The notes beneath the pieces were generated by a model. It was given only the letters and a program-made list of their open reading frames with translations. It was not told the origin of the DNA and did no database searches. A DNA stretch of 64,000 bases, from the NCBI GenBank assembly GCA_038869735.1, contig JAWCQO010000003.1, positions 22,353 through 86,352 on the forward strand. Reading direction: 5' to 3'. Of the stretch, positions 28,172 to 38,305 are shown one piece after another; position 1 is the stretch's first letter; each line of letters starts with the position of its first letter. This stretch comes from Candidatus Anstonellales archaeon (GTDB lineage: Archaea; Micrarchaeota; Micrarchaeia; Anstonellales; CG1-02-47-40). The position numbers and the translations under genes were made by a program.

Positions 28172-30052
28172 ATGTGCGGAATAGCTGGTTTTTATCTTCC
28201 AAAAAATCTAAGAGCTCAACCTTCCATACTCAAAAAGATGGCAGATGCCCTTGTCCATCGTGGGCCTGATGCCGAAGGCTTCTTTCTAGAAGGTCCAGTA
28301 GGACTTGCAAGCAGACGTCTATCCATTATAGATATAAAAGGCGGAAATCAGCCAATTTATTCCGCTGATAAGAACTATGTTATTATTTATAACGGCGAGG
28401 TGTATAACTTTCGTGAAATACGCAAAGAACTCGAGAGGGATGGAGTAGCTTTTGCTACTAACTCGGATACAGAAGTGATTCTTCAGTCTCACGCATTTTG
28501 GGGGGATGACGCCGTAAAAAAATTTAATGGAATGTTTGCTTATGCCCTTTACGAACGCATGTCTTCAAGACTCCTTCTTGCTCGAGATAGACTCGGTATA
28601 AAACCTCTCCATTATTCTCACCAAGAAAACGGCATTTTCTTTGCTTCTGAAATAAAATCACTTCTTGCAAGTGGCGCAGTGGAACCTAAACCCAACTATC
28701 AAGCTATTCTTGAATATCTCGCTTTTCAAAACATTTTTTCAGACAAGACCTTTTTTGATGGAGTAAAAAATCTCCCTCCAGGCCATATAGCTATCATTGA
28801 ACACGGAAAGATTCAACTAAAGAAATATTTTGAACCCTCGTTTTTTTATGCAAACAGGACCGTTGAAGAGGACGCATCCCTTTTTTTAAAGACTGCAAGA
28901 GAAGCTGTAAAACGCCATATGATTGCAGATGTCCCCGTAGGTTGCTACCTATCAGGTGGATTTGATTCTACAACTGTAACTGCACTTGCATGCGAAGTTG
29001 GAAAAAGCAGAATAAACTCGTTTACAGGCTATTTTGGAGATAAGCGATACGATGAAATTGACTGTGCTGAGGCAGTTGCAAAAAAATCAGGAGCAAAAAT
29101 GCACAAAATAAAAATCACTCCGAAAGATTTTGTGGAGGATATCGAGAAAATCGTTTATTATATGGATGAACCAATTGCAGCAATGACTGCATTTTCCCAC
29201 TATGAAGTAGCAAAAGCAGTGTCAAAACACGTAAAAGTTATTCTAACTGGACATGGAGGAGATGAGTTTTTTGCTGGCTATCCAATTTACAAATTATGTC
29301 TATACAACACTCTTGTAAAAAAATCCCCACTTTCGCTAATTACGGCGCTAGTAGAGGGCTTTGATTTAAGAGAAATACCAAGACTTTTTTATTTTCTTTT
29401 TTTTCCTCTTCTCTCTCCTGAGGCCTCAACAGGTCTATTCGTTCTTTTTGATGAAAACGAGCGGCGTCTCCTCTTAACAAATGACTTTTATGAAAAAACT
29501 AAGAATTTTTCCCCAAAAAAAGAGCTTGAAAAAGAGGTTGGAAAAGCAGACTTATACGACCCCGAATATCTAACCAGACTTTATATAAAATGTTATTTAC
29601 CTTCCCTGTTTTTCGTTGAAGACAGAGTAGGAATGGCTCACTCTATAGAATCTAGAACCCCTCTCTGTGACAATGAATTAGTGGCCCTCTCCTGTAGTAT
29701 TCCAATTGAAAGAAAACTTCACAAAAACCGGCTCAAATACATAGTAAAAGAGGCAATGAAAGGAATTCTACCGGAAATTCTTTACAGGCAATCTAAAAAG
29801 GGATTCCCAACTCCACTTGCTGATTGGTTCAGGCGCAGTCCTATCAAGGATTATGTCTATTCAATCTTTACAAGCGATAAATTTAAGTCACGAGGTATCT
29901 TTAACCCAGATTATTGTCTACATCTTCTCAATTCTCACTGCAAATCAAAACCACTTTTTCTGGATTCAGAACTTGTAACTGCCAATAAGCTTTGGTCAAT
30001 TCTTATGGTGGAGTTGTGGTTTAGAACCTTTATAGATAAACCTTCAACCTAA
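28172..30052 (+). CDS. asnB: Asparagine synthase (glutamine-hydrolysing) family amidotransferase, probably glycan-modifying
   Basis: True start ATG 28172 gives N-terminal MCGIAG; HRGPD, YNGE, LSGG.DS, TGHGGDE.F.GY. Confidence 0.9.
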   Translation: MCGIAGFYLPKNLRAQPSILKKMADALVHRGPDAEGFFLEGPVGLASRRLSIIDIKGGNQPIYSADKNYVIIYNGEVYNFREIRKELERDGVAFATNSDTEVILQSHAFWGDDAVKKFNGMFAYALYERMSSRLLLARDRLGIKPLHYSHQENGIFFASEIKSLLASGAVEPKPNYQAILEYLAFQNIFSDKTFFDGVKNLPPGHIAIIEHGKIQLKKYFEPSFFYANRTVEEDASLFLKTAREAVKRHMIADVPVGCYLSGGFDSTTVTALACEVGKSRINSFTGYFGDKRYDEIDCAEAVAKKSGAKMHKIKITPKDFVEDIEKIVYYMDEPIAAMTAFSHYEVAKAVSKHVKVILTGHGGDEFFAGYPIYKLCLYNTLVKKSPLSLITALVEGFDLREIPRLFYFLFFPLLSPEASTGLFVLFDENERRLLLTNDFYEKTKNFSPKKELEKEVGKADLYDPEYLTRLYIKCYLPSLFFVEDRVGMAHSIESRTPLCDNELVALSCSIPIERKLHKNRLKYIVKEAMKGILPEILYRQSKKGFPTPLADWFRRSPIKDYVYSIFTSDKFKSRGIFNPDYCLHLLNSHCKSKPLFLDSELVTANKLWSILMVELWFRTFIDKPST

Positions 30053-30922
30053 CTCCTCACTAATACTTCTGATAGTTGCTATCACTTTTTCCCTTAGTTC
30101 AGGTCTTTTTAGTGCAAGTCGAAGGGTTGCATTAATATAATCCGCTTTATCCCCCAAATCATATCTTTTTCCAGAAAACTCATAAGCATAAATCTCTTTT
30201 TTATCTGAAATCATCATGCTTAATGCATCAGCCAGCTGAATCTCACCATCTAATCCCGGTTTAGTTCTTTTTAGATAATCAAAGATATCAGGTGTAAATA
30301 TGTACCTCCCGATTACTGCTAAATTTGAAGGAGCTTCGTTGTGCTTCGGTTTTTCAATAAGATTTTTTATACGCTTCACCCTCCCTTCTCCTTCTACAGT
30401 CACTATTCCGTACTTTGAAACGTCTGAAAAGGGCACAGCCGTTACTGCAATTATGGGCTTATTCATCCTTTCAAACTCCTTTGCTAATTGGAGTATGCAG
30501 GGCATTTCTGAGTCAACTACTATATCATCTCCAAGGAGTACAGCAAATGGTTCATTCCCGACGAATTTTTTGGCGCAACTTATTGCATGACCAAGTCCTC
30601 TTGGAAAACTTTGCTTCGCATACCTTATATCCGCAATTTTATTTAAGCCGTTAAGATCATTAATTACTTCGGCTTTTCCTCTCTTTTCAAGTAACCTTAT
30701 AACCCTTTTATTAGCAGTCCTAAAATGTTCCCTTATAGCCCGTTTCCCTTCACCAGTTATTATGAGTACTTTTCTTATCCCCGAACATGCAGCTTCCTCT
30801 ACTACATACTGAATAGCCGGTTTGTCTATTACTGGAAGCATTTCTTTTGGCATTGCCTTTGTTGCTGGGAGAAATCGCGTTCCAAGACCCGCGGCAGGAA
30901 TGACTGCTTTCTTAATCCTCAC
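30044..30922 (-). CDS. galU: UTP-glucose-1-phosphate uridylyltransferase
   Basis: KAVIPAAGLGTRFLPATKAMPKEMLP, GLGHAI, LLGDD, EKP; GTG start with GGTGA SD. Confidence 0.95.
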   Translation of the reverse strand: MRIKKAVIPAAGLGTRFLPATKAMPKEMLPVIDKPAIQYVVEEAACSGIRKVLIITGEGKRAIREHFRTANKRVIRLLEKRGKAEVINDLNGLNKIADIRYAKQSFPRGLGHAISCAKKFVGNEPFAVLLGDDIVVDSEMPCILQLAKEFERMNKPIIAVTAVPFSDVSKYGIVTVEGEGRVKRIKNLIEKPKHNEAPSNLAVIGRYIFTPDIFDYLKRTKPGLDGEIQLADALSMMISDKKEIYAYEFSGKRYDLGDKADYINATLRLALKRPELREKVIATIRSISEELG

Positions 30923-31001
30923 AACTATCACCCAACTTTAAAAAACTTATAATCAGCTATTATCAACTTTCCTTAAAAATAATACCTAATATAATAATCA
31001 C

Positions 31002-32261
31002 ATGAAAATTGCAATATTCGGGGCGGGATATGTTGGCCTAGTAACAGGTGCATGTCTTGCAGATATGGGCAATAAAGTTCAATTTATAGACGTATCTAAA
31101 GAAAAAGTAGCCCAGATAAATTCATACTGCTCTCCTGTCTATGAACCAAAACTTCCAGAACTTCTCAAAAAGAATAAAGCAAGGATATCCGCAACTACAG
31201 ATCCACAAAAAGCGTTATCTGACTCGGAGATTATTTTTATTTGCGTTGGAACTCCATCCTTATCAAATGGGACAACTGATATGAGCTATCTTATCTCCGT
31301 TTGCAGAGAGGTCGGAAAGGCAATATCAAATATCAATCACGTACCATTAATAATTCTTAAAAGCACTACCCCCCCACAGCAAATAGATTTTCTTATATCC
31401 ATCATTGAAAAAGAAAGTGGAAAAAGCGAGGGAGAAGGCTTCTATTTCTGCACAAATCCAGAATTCCTTCGCGAAGGAAGTGCAGTGACGGACTTTATGA
31501 ATCCTGACAGAATAGTTGTTGGATGTAAAAAAACAAAACCGAAAACTATTTTTAGTTCTCTCTACAAGTCCATCAAGGCACCCCTCCTCTTTTTTGACCC
31601 AAAAACTGCAATGATGATAAAATACGCTTCAAACGCCTTTCTTGCAACTAAAATTTCTTTTGCAAACGAAATTGGAAACATCTGCAAGAAACTTGGAATA
31701 GATTCTTACGAAGTTGCAGAAGGCATGGGCTATGATAAACGCATAGGACGCCAATTCTTAAATTCAGGATGTGGATTTGGAGGAAGCTGCTTCTCAAAAG
31801 ATATCCTTTCACTTATTTCGCAAGCTAAACAGTTAAATATAAATCCGAGAATCCTTATTTCAACGCTCGAAGTCAATCGCTATCAGCCAGCCGTCTTAAT
31901 ATCAATTCTGCAAGAGCGTATAGGTTCACTAAAGGGAAAAAGAATAGGGCTTCTCGGGCTATCATTTAAACCAAACACGGATGACATCAGAGAAAGTCCG
32001 GCTATAGCTGTCTCAAAAATGCTCCTGTCATCAGGTGCGAACGTTATTGCTTATGACCCAGCTGCGAGTGAGAACTTCAAAAAAGCAGTGCCGGAGGTCA
32101 AATGCTCCAAATCAAAGGAGGAAGTTATCCAAAACTCAGACGCTATCCTTATATTGTCTGATTGGAAGGAATTCGAAGACATAGACACTGACAAATATGT
32201 GCTTGAGGGAAAACGCATATTAAAGAAAAAAAAGAATAATTACGAAGGCATTTGCTGGTAG
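31002..32261 (+). CDS. ugd: UDP-glucose/GDP-mannose dehydrogenase family
   Basis: GAGYVG, ICVGTP, NPEFLREG, KYASNAFLA.KISF.NE, GFGGSCF.KD, FKPNTDD.RESP. Confidence 0.92.
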   Translation: MKIAIFGAGYVGLVTGACLADMGNKVQFIDVSKEKVAQINSYCSPVYEPKLPELLKKNKARISATTDPQKALSDSEIIFICVGTPSLSNGTTDMSYLISVCREVGKAISNINHVPLIILKSTTPPQQIDFLISIIEKESGKSEGEGFYFCTNPEFLREGSAVTDFMNPDRIVVGCKKTKPKTIFSSLYKSIKAPLLFFDPKTAMMIKYASNAFLATKISFANEIGNICKKLGIDSYEVAEGMGYDKRIGRQFLNSGCGFGGSCFSKDILSLISQAKQLNINPRILISTLEVNRYQPAVLISILQERIGSLKGKRIGLLGLSFKPNTDDIRESPAIAVSKMLLSSGANVIAYDPAASENFKKAVPEVKCSKSKEEVIQNSDAILILSDWKEFEDIDTDKYVLEGKRILKKKKNNYEGICW

Positions 32262-33745
32262 CTATTCAATTGATTATGCGCCTTAAGCAAAATCAGAACT
32301 GCCCCGCTAAACACAAAAAATCCGCTCAAGAGCGTATTGAGTGTTTTTATCAAATAGCTGTGTATTGTCTCAACACCAAAACTTGCATCAGGAACAAGAA
32401 TGGAAATCAGAGGTTTTAGTACGTATAAGGGACTTGCGTCATTTACTGCAAAAAGAGAACAACCCAAAACAAATATGGATATCCCAGACGCAAAACCAGT
32501 TTTTCTAAAAACGCTATAAGTCCCAACAACAGCTAAGACTACAAACATGGCAAATAAACTTCCCTCAATGAGATTTTGCGGAGCCCGCTCCCTATAAAAC
32601 AACGAAAAAATAATTATTGCCATCATTATGATGCCAAAATACGCAATTTCTGACCTTCTATACTCAAATTCCTCCAAATCTTTTTTTAACGAAGCAATTA
32701 GAATAGTCAACGCCGGTATAGCGTATAAAAATAATAAGTCAGTCAAAACTTTCGATGAGAGAAGAGAAAAAAATATCAAGAAAACTATGTTTCTAAAAAG
32801 TTCAATCTCCGGATTCTTCATCTTAAATAGATAGGCATAAATTACAAAAGCCAAAAAAGACAAATAAAATAGAGGTTTAGATAAAAAAACAAAAAAATCG
32901 TTTACAGGAGTCTTATTAGTAGTTTTTAGTGGGTTTTTTTCAAAGGGGATAAATTCTCCGTTTTCTAAATAAAATAAGACGTTCTCCATCCCCCCCGCAA
33001 CAATCCTTCCGAGGTTTATTGGAGCAATCCCTCCAGCACCAAAATACTCAAAATTTACTGTTAACGTGTAAGGTACAAGTGCACGTTCGCCAGATTCAAG
33101 ATAAAATGGAACTAATATTATCAAAAATGTTAGAGCCGAAATAATTCCAAACTTTACTGCATCCGAAATCCCCCTCTTCCTATAAACATAATACATAATA
33201 AGCGGAGCCATAGCTATTGGAACAGGTTTAAAGCCAGAAGCCAGTCCTACAAGGACCCCACTGAGAGCAATTCTATGTTCAATAGCCATAAAAATCCCGC
33301 ATAATAGAAAAAACATAAATATATGGTCGTCATTTCCCAATGCTCCTGAGGAAATGAGAACAAGATAAAATGATGCGTAAAAGAAAGAAGCGTACTCAGC
33401 CTTTAGCCTTCCAATAATATTTTTTGCGATGAAATAAATCACCACTATTGCAGCCAAATCAAACACTATTGGCATAATCTTTAGAGACAAAAAGTCACTT
33501 CCAGCAATTTTGCTCCAACCCCAGTAAAACACAAGAGTTGCAGGACCATAAACTACGGGAAGCTTATTACTTTGGATTTTGTCATAAGGCTTCCCTTCGT
33601 CAAAAAATTTTGCATATTCAACGTAGTACCCCATATCGTGAGGTATAGTTGGTTCTTCAATGAAAAGAAAAGCAGCTAACAATCTTACAATTAGGGAAAT
33701 CACAAGAAGCGGTGCCAAAAACAAAACGTCATTTCTGTCCATCAA
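32240..33745 (-). CDS. GT-C fold membrane glycosyltransferase (GT87/GT39-like)
   Basis: VRL...HDMGYY, VYGP, GNDDH, K..P; ~13 TM. Confidence 0.72.
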   Translation of the reverse strand: MMDRNDVLFLAPLLVISLIVRLLAAFLFIEEPTIPHDMGYYVEYAKFFDEGKPYDKIQSNKLPVVYGPATLVFYWGWSKIAGSDFLSLKIMPIVFDLAAIVVIYFIAKNIIGRLKAEYASFFYASFYLVLISSGALGNDDHIFMFFLLCGIFMAIEHRIALSGVLVGLASGFKPVPIAMAPLIMYYVYRKRGISDAVKFGIISALTFLIILVPFYLESGERALVPYTLTVNFEYFGAGGIAPINLGRIVAGGMENVLFYLENGEFIPFEKNPLKTTNKTPVNDFFVFLSKPLFYLSFLAFVIYAYLFKMKNPEIELFRNIVFLIFFSLLSSKVLTDLLFLYAIPALTILIASLKKDLEEFEYRRSEIAYFGIIMMAIIIFSLFYRERAPQNLIEGSLFAMFVVLAVVGTYSVFRKTGFASGISIFVLGCSLFAVNDASPLYVLKPLISILVPDASFGVETIHSYLIKTLNTLLSGFFVFSGAVLILLKAHNQLNSYQQMPS

Positions 33746-33824
33746 AAAGCACCCGTTAGCCTAAATTAAGAAGCTTACGTTTTAAACCATTAAAAACTTA
33801 ATAGACGGTAAAACTGCGCTAGGG

Positions 33825-34574
33825 GTGTTTTGTATAAAAAAAACAGTTTCAATAATCCTCCCAACAAAAAACGAATCAGAGACTCTCGAACAGATTTTAT
33901 TATCTATACTTTTCGAATTCTCAAACTCCAACTATACTCCACAAATAATTATAGCCGATGACAACAGCACAGATGGAACAAAAGAGATTATGGAAAAGTT
34001 TGCAACACGATATCCTAACAAGATAATCCCTCTTCACCGTTCTCCACCATACGGATTTGGCTTATCTGTTGCCGAAGCTATCAACAAAGCTTCAGGCTTT
34101 GCAACTATCATCATGATGGCCGATTTCTCAGACAGGCCTTCTGATGCAATTAAAATGGCAGAAAAAATAGAGGAAGGATTTGATATAGTATTCTCCACGA
34201 GATTCTCAAAAGGGGGCAAAGCACACAAGTATCCTCTCTTAAAATACCTTGCAAATCGATCTTTTAACAATGTACTTCGCATTCTATTCCTTATCCCCTA
34301 CTCTGATACGTCCAATGCCTTTAAAGCGTATAAAACAGAACTCATAAAATCACTTACCCCCACATCTAAGGGTTTTGAGATTACAATTGAGTTACCACTT
34401 CTTGCGATTATGAACGGAGCTAAGGCATGTGAGATTCCGGTTTTTTGGTCAAACAGGGACAGAGGTGTACCCAAATGGAATATTCTGAATGCATTTATCA
34501 GATATTCAACAAAACTCACAGAACTTTTTTTTCTGCGATTCGTCTCTTCAAAGACAAAAATTAGTCGATCCTAA
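33825..34574 (+). CDS. GT2 dolichol-phosphate sugar synthase-like (DPM1 family, soluble)
   Basis: SIILPTKNE, ADDNSTDGT, MADFSD, SNAFKAY, FEI..EL, R..G..KW. Confidence 0.85.
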   Translation: MFCIKKTVSIILPTKNESETLEQILLSILFEFSNSNYTPQIIIADDNSTDGTKEIMEKFATRYPNKIIPLHRSPPYGFGLSVAEAINKASGFATIIMMADFSDRPSDAIKMAEKIEEGFDIVFSTRFSKGGKAHKYPLLKYLANRSFNNVLRILFLIPYSDTSNAFKAYKTELIKSLTPTSKGFEITIELPLLAIMNGAKACEIPVFWSNRDRGVPKWNILNAFIRYSTKLTELFFLRFVSSKTKISRS

Positions 34575-36030
34575 AAATATACCATCTGCTATCGCCAAAA
34601 ACTACTCTATCTTGCTCTTTCAGTAGTTTATTCTCTTCAGCCTTCTGCACCATATATTTAATCCCATATTTTTTTGCAGTTTCCATAACTTTTTGGTTAT
34701 TTTCATGTGGAGTTATAAAGCAAGTTCTACCCGTATAAAAGGAAATTTCAAGGCAGTCTTTTGACATTATCCTCTCTTCCATCCCAACATTTTTTTCAAT
34801 CCACGCAACTATACCTGGTTTTTCAGTAGGCCTGCCCAAAAATACCACAAACTGCAATAAGAGACAAATCAATACTATCATAATCAAAATAATCCTCCTT
34901 CTTTTATCCTCCTCCAAAATTCTTCTCGTTCCAAGAATAATAATAAGAAATGAGACTCCAAATAGAAAGGAGTAAGTGTAAGCTGCTGGAAAGTGCGCAG
35001 CTAGTGTAGCAACTATTAATCCTCCAGCAGAGAGACAGCAAAACAATTTTTCTCCTTCCTCAAGTTTCTTTTTCCACCTTGCCCGAATCCATAGTAAGGC
35101 CAGAACCAGTAGTACGATAGTCGTTACTGAAGAAAGAGAATTGTAATTTAAATTAGGATTATTAATAAAGTCAAAATTTAATCTAACCAAACCATCTTCT
35201 CCTCTGGAAAGGGGCAGTGGCAACACGCTTCTAACTATATTCTGAACCGTATTGCTTACAGCAGATTTAAAGTCAAACTCAAATAGGTTTGGAGGTTCAA
35301 GTTTTTCCATCTGTTCCCATTCTGTTATAAAAGGAACATACACAGACGCAGAGCTTGTAAAATTAAATAAAAATAAAATTATGAGAGCCAACAGAGACGA
35401 CGAGAAAAAAAGAAGGAATCTTCTAATATTCAGAAAAGCGCCGTCCTTCTCAAGAAGCATCATAATTCCAAAGCCGACAGCAAGTGCAAATCCCATCTGG
35501 TGAGTTAGAATTGCAATCCCACAAAAAATTCCAGAAATATCCTTCTTTTTGCAGATCCAGAAGTAAACAGACAAAAGAAAAATTACAGCAAAGAACATTC
35601 TACTCTCACCGCCAATAGAAAGCGAAATAAAAATAGGATTAATCGCTGCGAATAATCCAGCCAATATGGCAGTTGGTTCTCCATACATCTTTTTTGATAT
35701 TAAATACAAAATCCAAACAGCTATAGTCCCCGCAACTACATTAACGATTTGCATTACATAAAATGAGTTTCCAAAAAAATCCATAACCGCGCCGGCAATT
35801 ACTACAAATAATGGTGGCCTATAAGTTGCAGGAAAAGGTACTCTGACCTCACCCCAATAATTATCAACATAAGGGGAAGAAAACCCTAAACCAGACGCAA
35901 AATTTTTAGCTGCCAAAAAATGCCACATCTCGTCTCCTGACAGGGGAAGAGAAAACAAAAAGGAGAACACTAATCTTATAACAAATGCAAATAAGACTAC
36001 AAAGACAATTTTTTTGTTGATTGCAAGCAT
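34561..36030 (-). CDS. GT-C fold glycosyltransferase (GT39/ArnT-like)
   Basis: IRL...GDEMWH..AAKN, YRPPL, ESR; ATG at 36030 with GAGGAG SD. Confidence 0.8.
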   Translation of the reverse strand: MLAINKKIVFVVLFAFVIRLVFSFLFSLPLSGDEMWHFLAAKNFASGLGFSSPYVDNYWGEVRVPFPATYRPPLFVVIAGAVMDFFGNSFYVMQIVNVVAGTIAVWILYLISKKMYGEPTAILAGLFAAINPIFISLSIGGESRMFFAVIFLLSVYFWICKKKDISGIFCGIAILTHQMGFALAVGFGIMMLLEKDGAFLNIRRFLLFFSSSLLALIILFLFNFTSSASVYVPFITEWEQMEKLEPPNLFEFDFKSAVSNTVQNIVRSVLPLPLSRGEDGLVRLNFDFINNPNLNYNSLSSVTTIVLLVLALLWIRARWKKKLEEGEKLFCCLSAGGLIVATLAAHFPAAYTYSFLFGVSFLIIILGTRRILEEDKRRRIILIMIVLICLLLQFVVFLGRPTEKPGIVAWIEKNVGMEERIMSKDCLEISFYTGRTCFITPHENNQKVMETAKKYGIKYMVQKAEENKLLKEQDRVVFGDSRWYIFRID

Positions 36031-36109
36031 TCTCTCCTCTAAACCTATAAATACCTTAACTTTTAAACATCTAACCTTTATAATCAACCCTTACGTGGGT
36101 GATTCTTAC

Positions 36110-37330
36110 ATGCGAATATCTGTTATCGGAATTGGCAGAGTAGGTCTACCTCTAGCACTGGCATTTGCATCAAAGGGTGTGCAAGTAATAGGTATGGATA
36201 TAAATGAAAAATATCTTCAGATTCTGCGCTCAAAGAAAATGCCATTCATGGAAGAAGGAGCAGAAGAAATACTCGTTAAAGAATTAGGTAAAAATTTTAC
36301 CGTAACTTCAAACCTCGCTGATGCAATGGTCTCTGAAAATATAATTTTAACTCTCGGAACCCCTGTAGATGAACACATGAATCCAGATTTTTCTCAGATA
36401 GATTCCGTCCTCGAAAAGATGCTTCCCTATTTAAGAAAGGGGCACCTCATAATCCTGAGAAGCACCGTTTCTCCTGGCACTATAGACTACATCACAGCCT
36501 ATATAGAAGAAAATTCTCCCTTTAAGGTAGGAAAGGATATTTTTCTTGCATTTTGTCCAGAAAGGCTTGCAGAGGGCAAAGCTATAAAAGAGCTTTTTTC
36601 ACTTCCAGAAATAGTTGGCGCAAATGATAATAAGAGTAAGGAGCGGGCAGTCGAGATATTTAAAAGAATAAAAAAGGAGATTTACACGACTACTGCTATA
36701 AATGCGGAACTGTTAAAACTATTTACTAACATGTACCGCTACATAAACTTTGCAATAGCAAATGAATTTATGATAATCGCCGAGCAGTTTGGAGCCGATA
36801 TCTACCAAATAGTAGAACTTTCAAACAAAAATTACCCACGCGGAGGCCCAAAAAACCCGGGTCTTACCGCAGGTCCGTGTCTGTTTAAAGACGGTTTTTT
36901 TCTCACCAGTAAAATAGCGTTTCCTGAGCTAATTGCAGCCGCTTGGAAAATAAACGAAACTATCCCCTCCTACCTAGTGGAAAGAATAAAGGACTTTACT
37001 ACCATTAGAGGTAAGAAAGTGGCGCTGCTGGGACTTACATTTAAGGCAGATTCAGACGATACACGAGAATCTCTTTCTTTCAAATTAATAAAAATACTAA
37101 AACGGGAAAGAGCAAAGGTCGTTTTGCATGACCCATTTGTAAAAAATGACGAGTCAATCGACTCTGTGATAAGTGGAGCAGACGTTTTAATAATCGCAAC
37201 AGCTCATTCACAATACTCTAAACTTGGTTTTCAATATTTCAAATCCAAGATAAAACCCAACTGCATTATTGCAGATATATGGAACATGTTTGGAAAATCA
37301 TCTATTGTATACCAATGTCCTGTGGGATGA
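36110..37330 (+). CDS. Nucleotide-sugar dehydrogenase (WecC/WbpA-like)
   Basis: ATG 36110 with GGTGA SD; IGIGRVG, LGTP, CPERLAEG, N.YRY..FA..NE, AGPCL.KD, FKA.SDD.RES. Confidence 0.9.
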   Translation: MRISVIGIGRVGLPLALAFASKGVQVIGMDINEKYLQILRSKKMPFMEEGAEEILVKELGKNFTVTSNLADAMVSENIILTLGTPVDEHMNPDFSQIDSVLEKMLPYLRKGHLIILRSTVSPGTIDYITAYIEENSPFKVGKDIFLAFCPERLAEGKAIKELFSLPEIVGANDNKSKERAVEIFKRIKKEIYTTTAINAELLKLFTNMYRYINFAIANEFMIIAEQFGADIYQIVELSNKNYPRGGPKNPGLTAGPCLFKDGFFLTSKIAFPELIAAAWKINETIPSYLVERIKDFTTIRGKKVALLGLTFKADSDDTRESLSFKLIKILKRERAKVVLHDPFVKNDESIDSVISGADVLIIATAHSQYSKLGFQYFKSKIKPNCIIADIWNMFGKSSIVYQCPVG

Positions 37331-37333
37331 AAA

Positions 37334-38305
37334 ATGGCTAACGTCCTTGTTACCGGCGGTGCTGGCTTTATCGGAAGCGCAGTTGTAAGGCGTCTTGTTG
37401 CTCTTGGACACTCAATTAGGGTTGCTGACAATCTTTCAAAAGGGGACGTTTCAAACATAGATACAAATATCGTAGAATTTATGAAGGTTGATTTACTGAA
37501 GCCAGAAGAGGCTAAAGCCGCACTTAGCGATATTGACTATTGCTTCCATTTTGCTGCAAAAATAGGGGGAATAGGCTACTTCAACAAATACCCTGCAGAC
37601 ATCTTACGCGACAACACAGCTATCCTTTCTAATGTGCTTGAAGCCGCAAGGTCTTCGAAAACAATCAGAAAAGTGGTCTATATTTCTTCCTCAATGGTTT
37701 TTGAGCGTACCACTAAATTTCCTTCCGCAGAAGAAGACGTCTTTTCATCACCACCGCCGATAACTCATTATGGTTTTTCAAAGTTGGTTGGAGAGTATTT
37801 TTGCAAAGCCTATTTTGAACAATATGGCCTTAAATATTCCATCTTTAGGCCGTTCAACGCTTATGGTCCTGGTGAGGTCCCAGAGAATGAGGTTGGAATA
37901 GCCCATGTAATTCCAGATCTAATAAAAAAAATATATATAGACAAGCAATACCCTGTTGAGATACTTGGTGACGGTAATCAGATCCGCGCATATACTTTTG
38001 TTGCTGACCTTGCAGATGCAATATCCACATGCGGTCTTGACAGCAGATCCGACAACGAAGACTTTAACGTAGCAGATCCGCATCCAATTTCGGTGAGAGA
38101 ACTTGTCCAAAAGATATGGAATTTAAAAAAACACGACAAACCGCTTAGGCTTGTCCATCTTCCTCCTTTTAAGGACGATGTTCAGAAGCGCATCCCCGAT
38201 ACAAAAAAAATTCGCTCTGTATTTGGCTGGAAGCCAAGCGTATGTTTAGATGACGGATTAAAACTCACGGCAGATTGGATAATAAAAAAGAAGGGTGTGC
38301 AATGA
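37334..38305 (+). CDS. NAD-dependent epimerase/dehydratase (extended SDR)
   Basis: TGGAGFIG, HFAAKIGGI, YGFSK, FRPFNAYGP. Confidence 0.9.
   Translation: MANVLVTGGAGFIGSAVVRRLVALGHSIRVADNLSKGDVSNIDTNIVEFMKVDLLKPEEAKAALSDIDYCFHFAAKIGGIGYFNKYPADILRDNTAILSNVLEAARSSKTIRKVVYISSSMVFERTTKFPSAEEDVFSSPPPITHYGFSKLVGEYFCKAYFEQYGLKYSIFRPFNAYGPGEVPENEVGIAHVIPDLIKKIYIDKQYPVEILGDGNQIRAYTFVADLADAISTCGLDSRSDNEDFNVADPHPISVRELVQKIWNLKKHDKPLRLVHLPPFKDDVQKRIPDTKKIRSVFGWKPSVCLDDGLKLTADWIIKKKGVQ

Noticed and set aside
28172-30052. Housekeeping asparagine biosynthesis
   Set aside because: Overlaps the sugar-epimerase operon; context favours glycan amidation, though this is inference
32990-32996. Phase-variable homopolymer tracts in glycan genes (C7 here, G7 near 7766, several A8)
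   Set aside because: All short and in frame; no frameshifted gene pairs seen; A-runs are expected in Lys/Phe-rich AT-biased coding sequence
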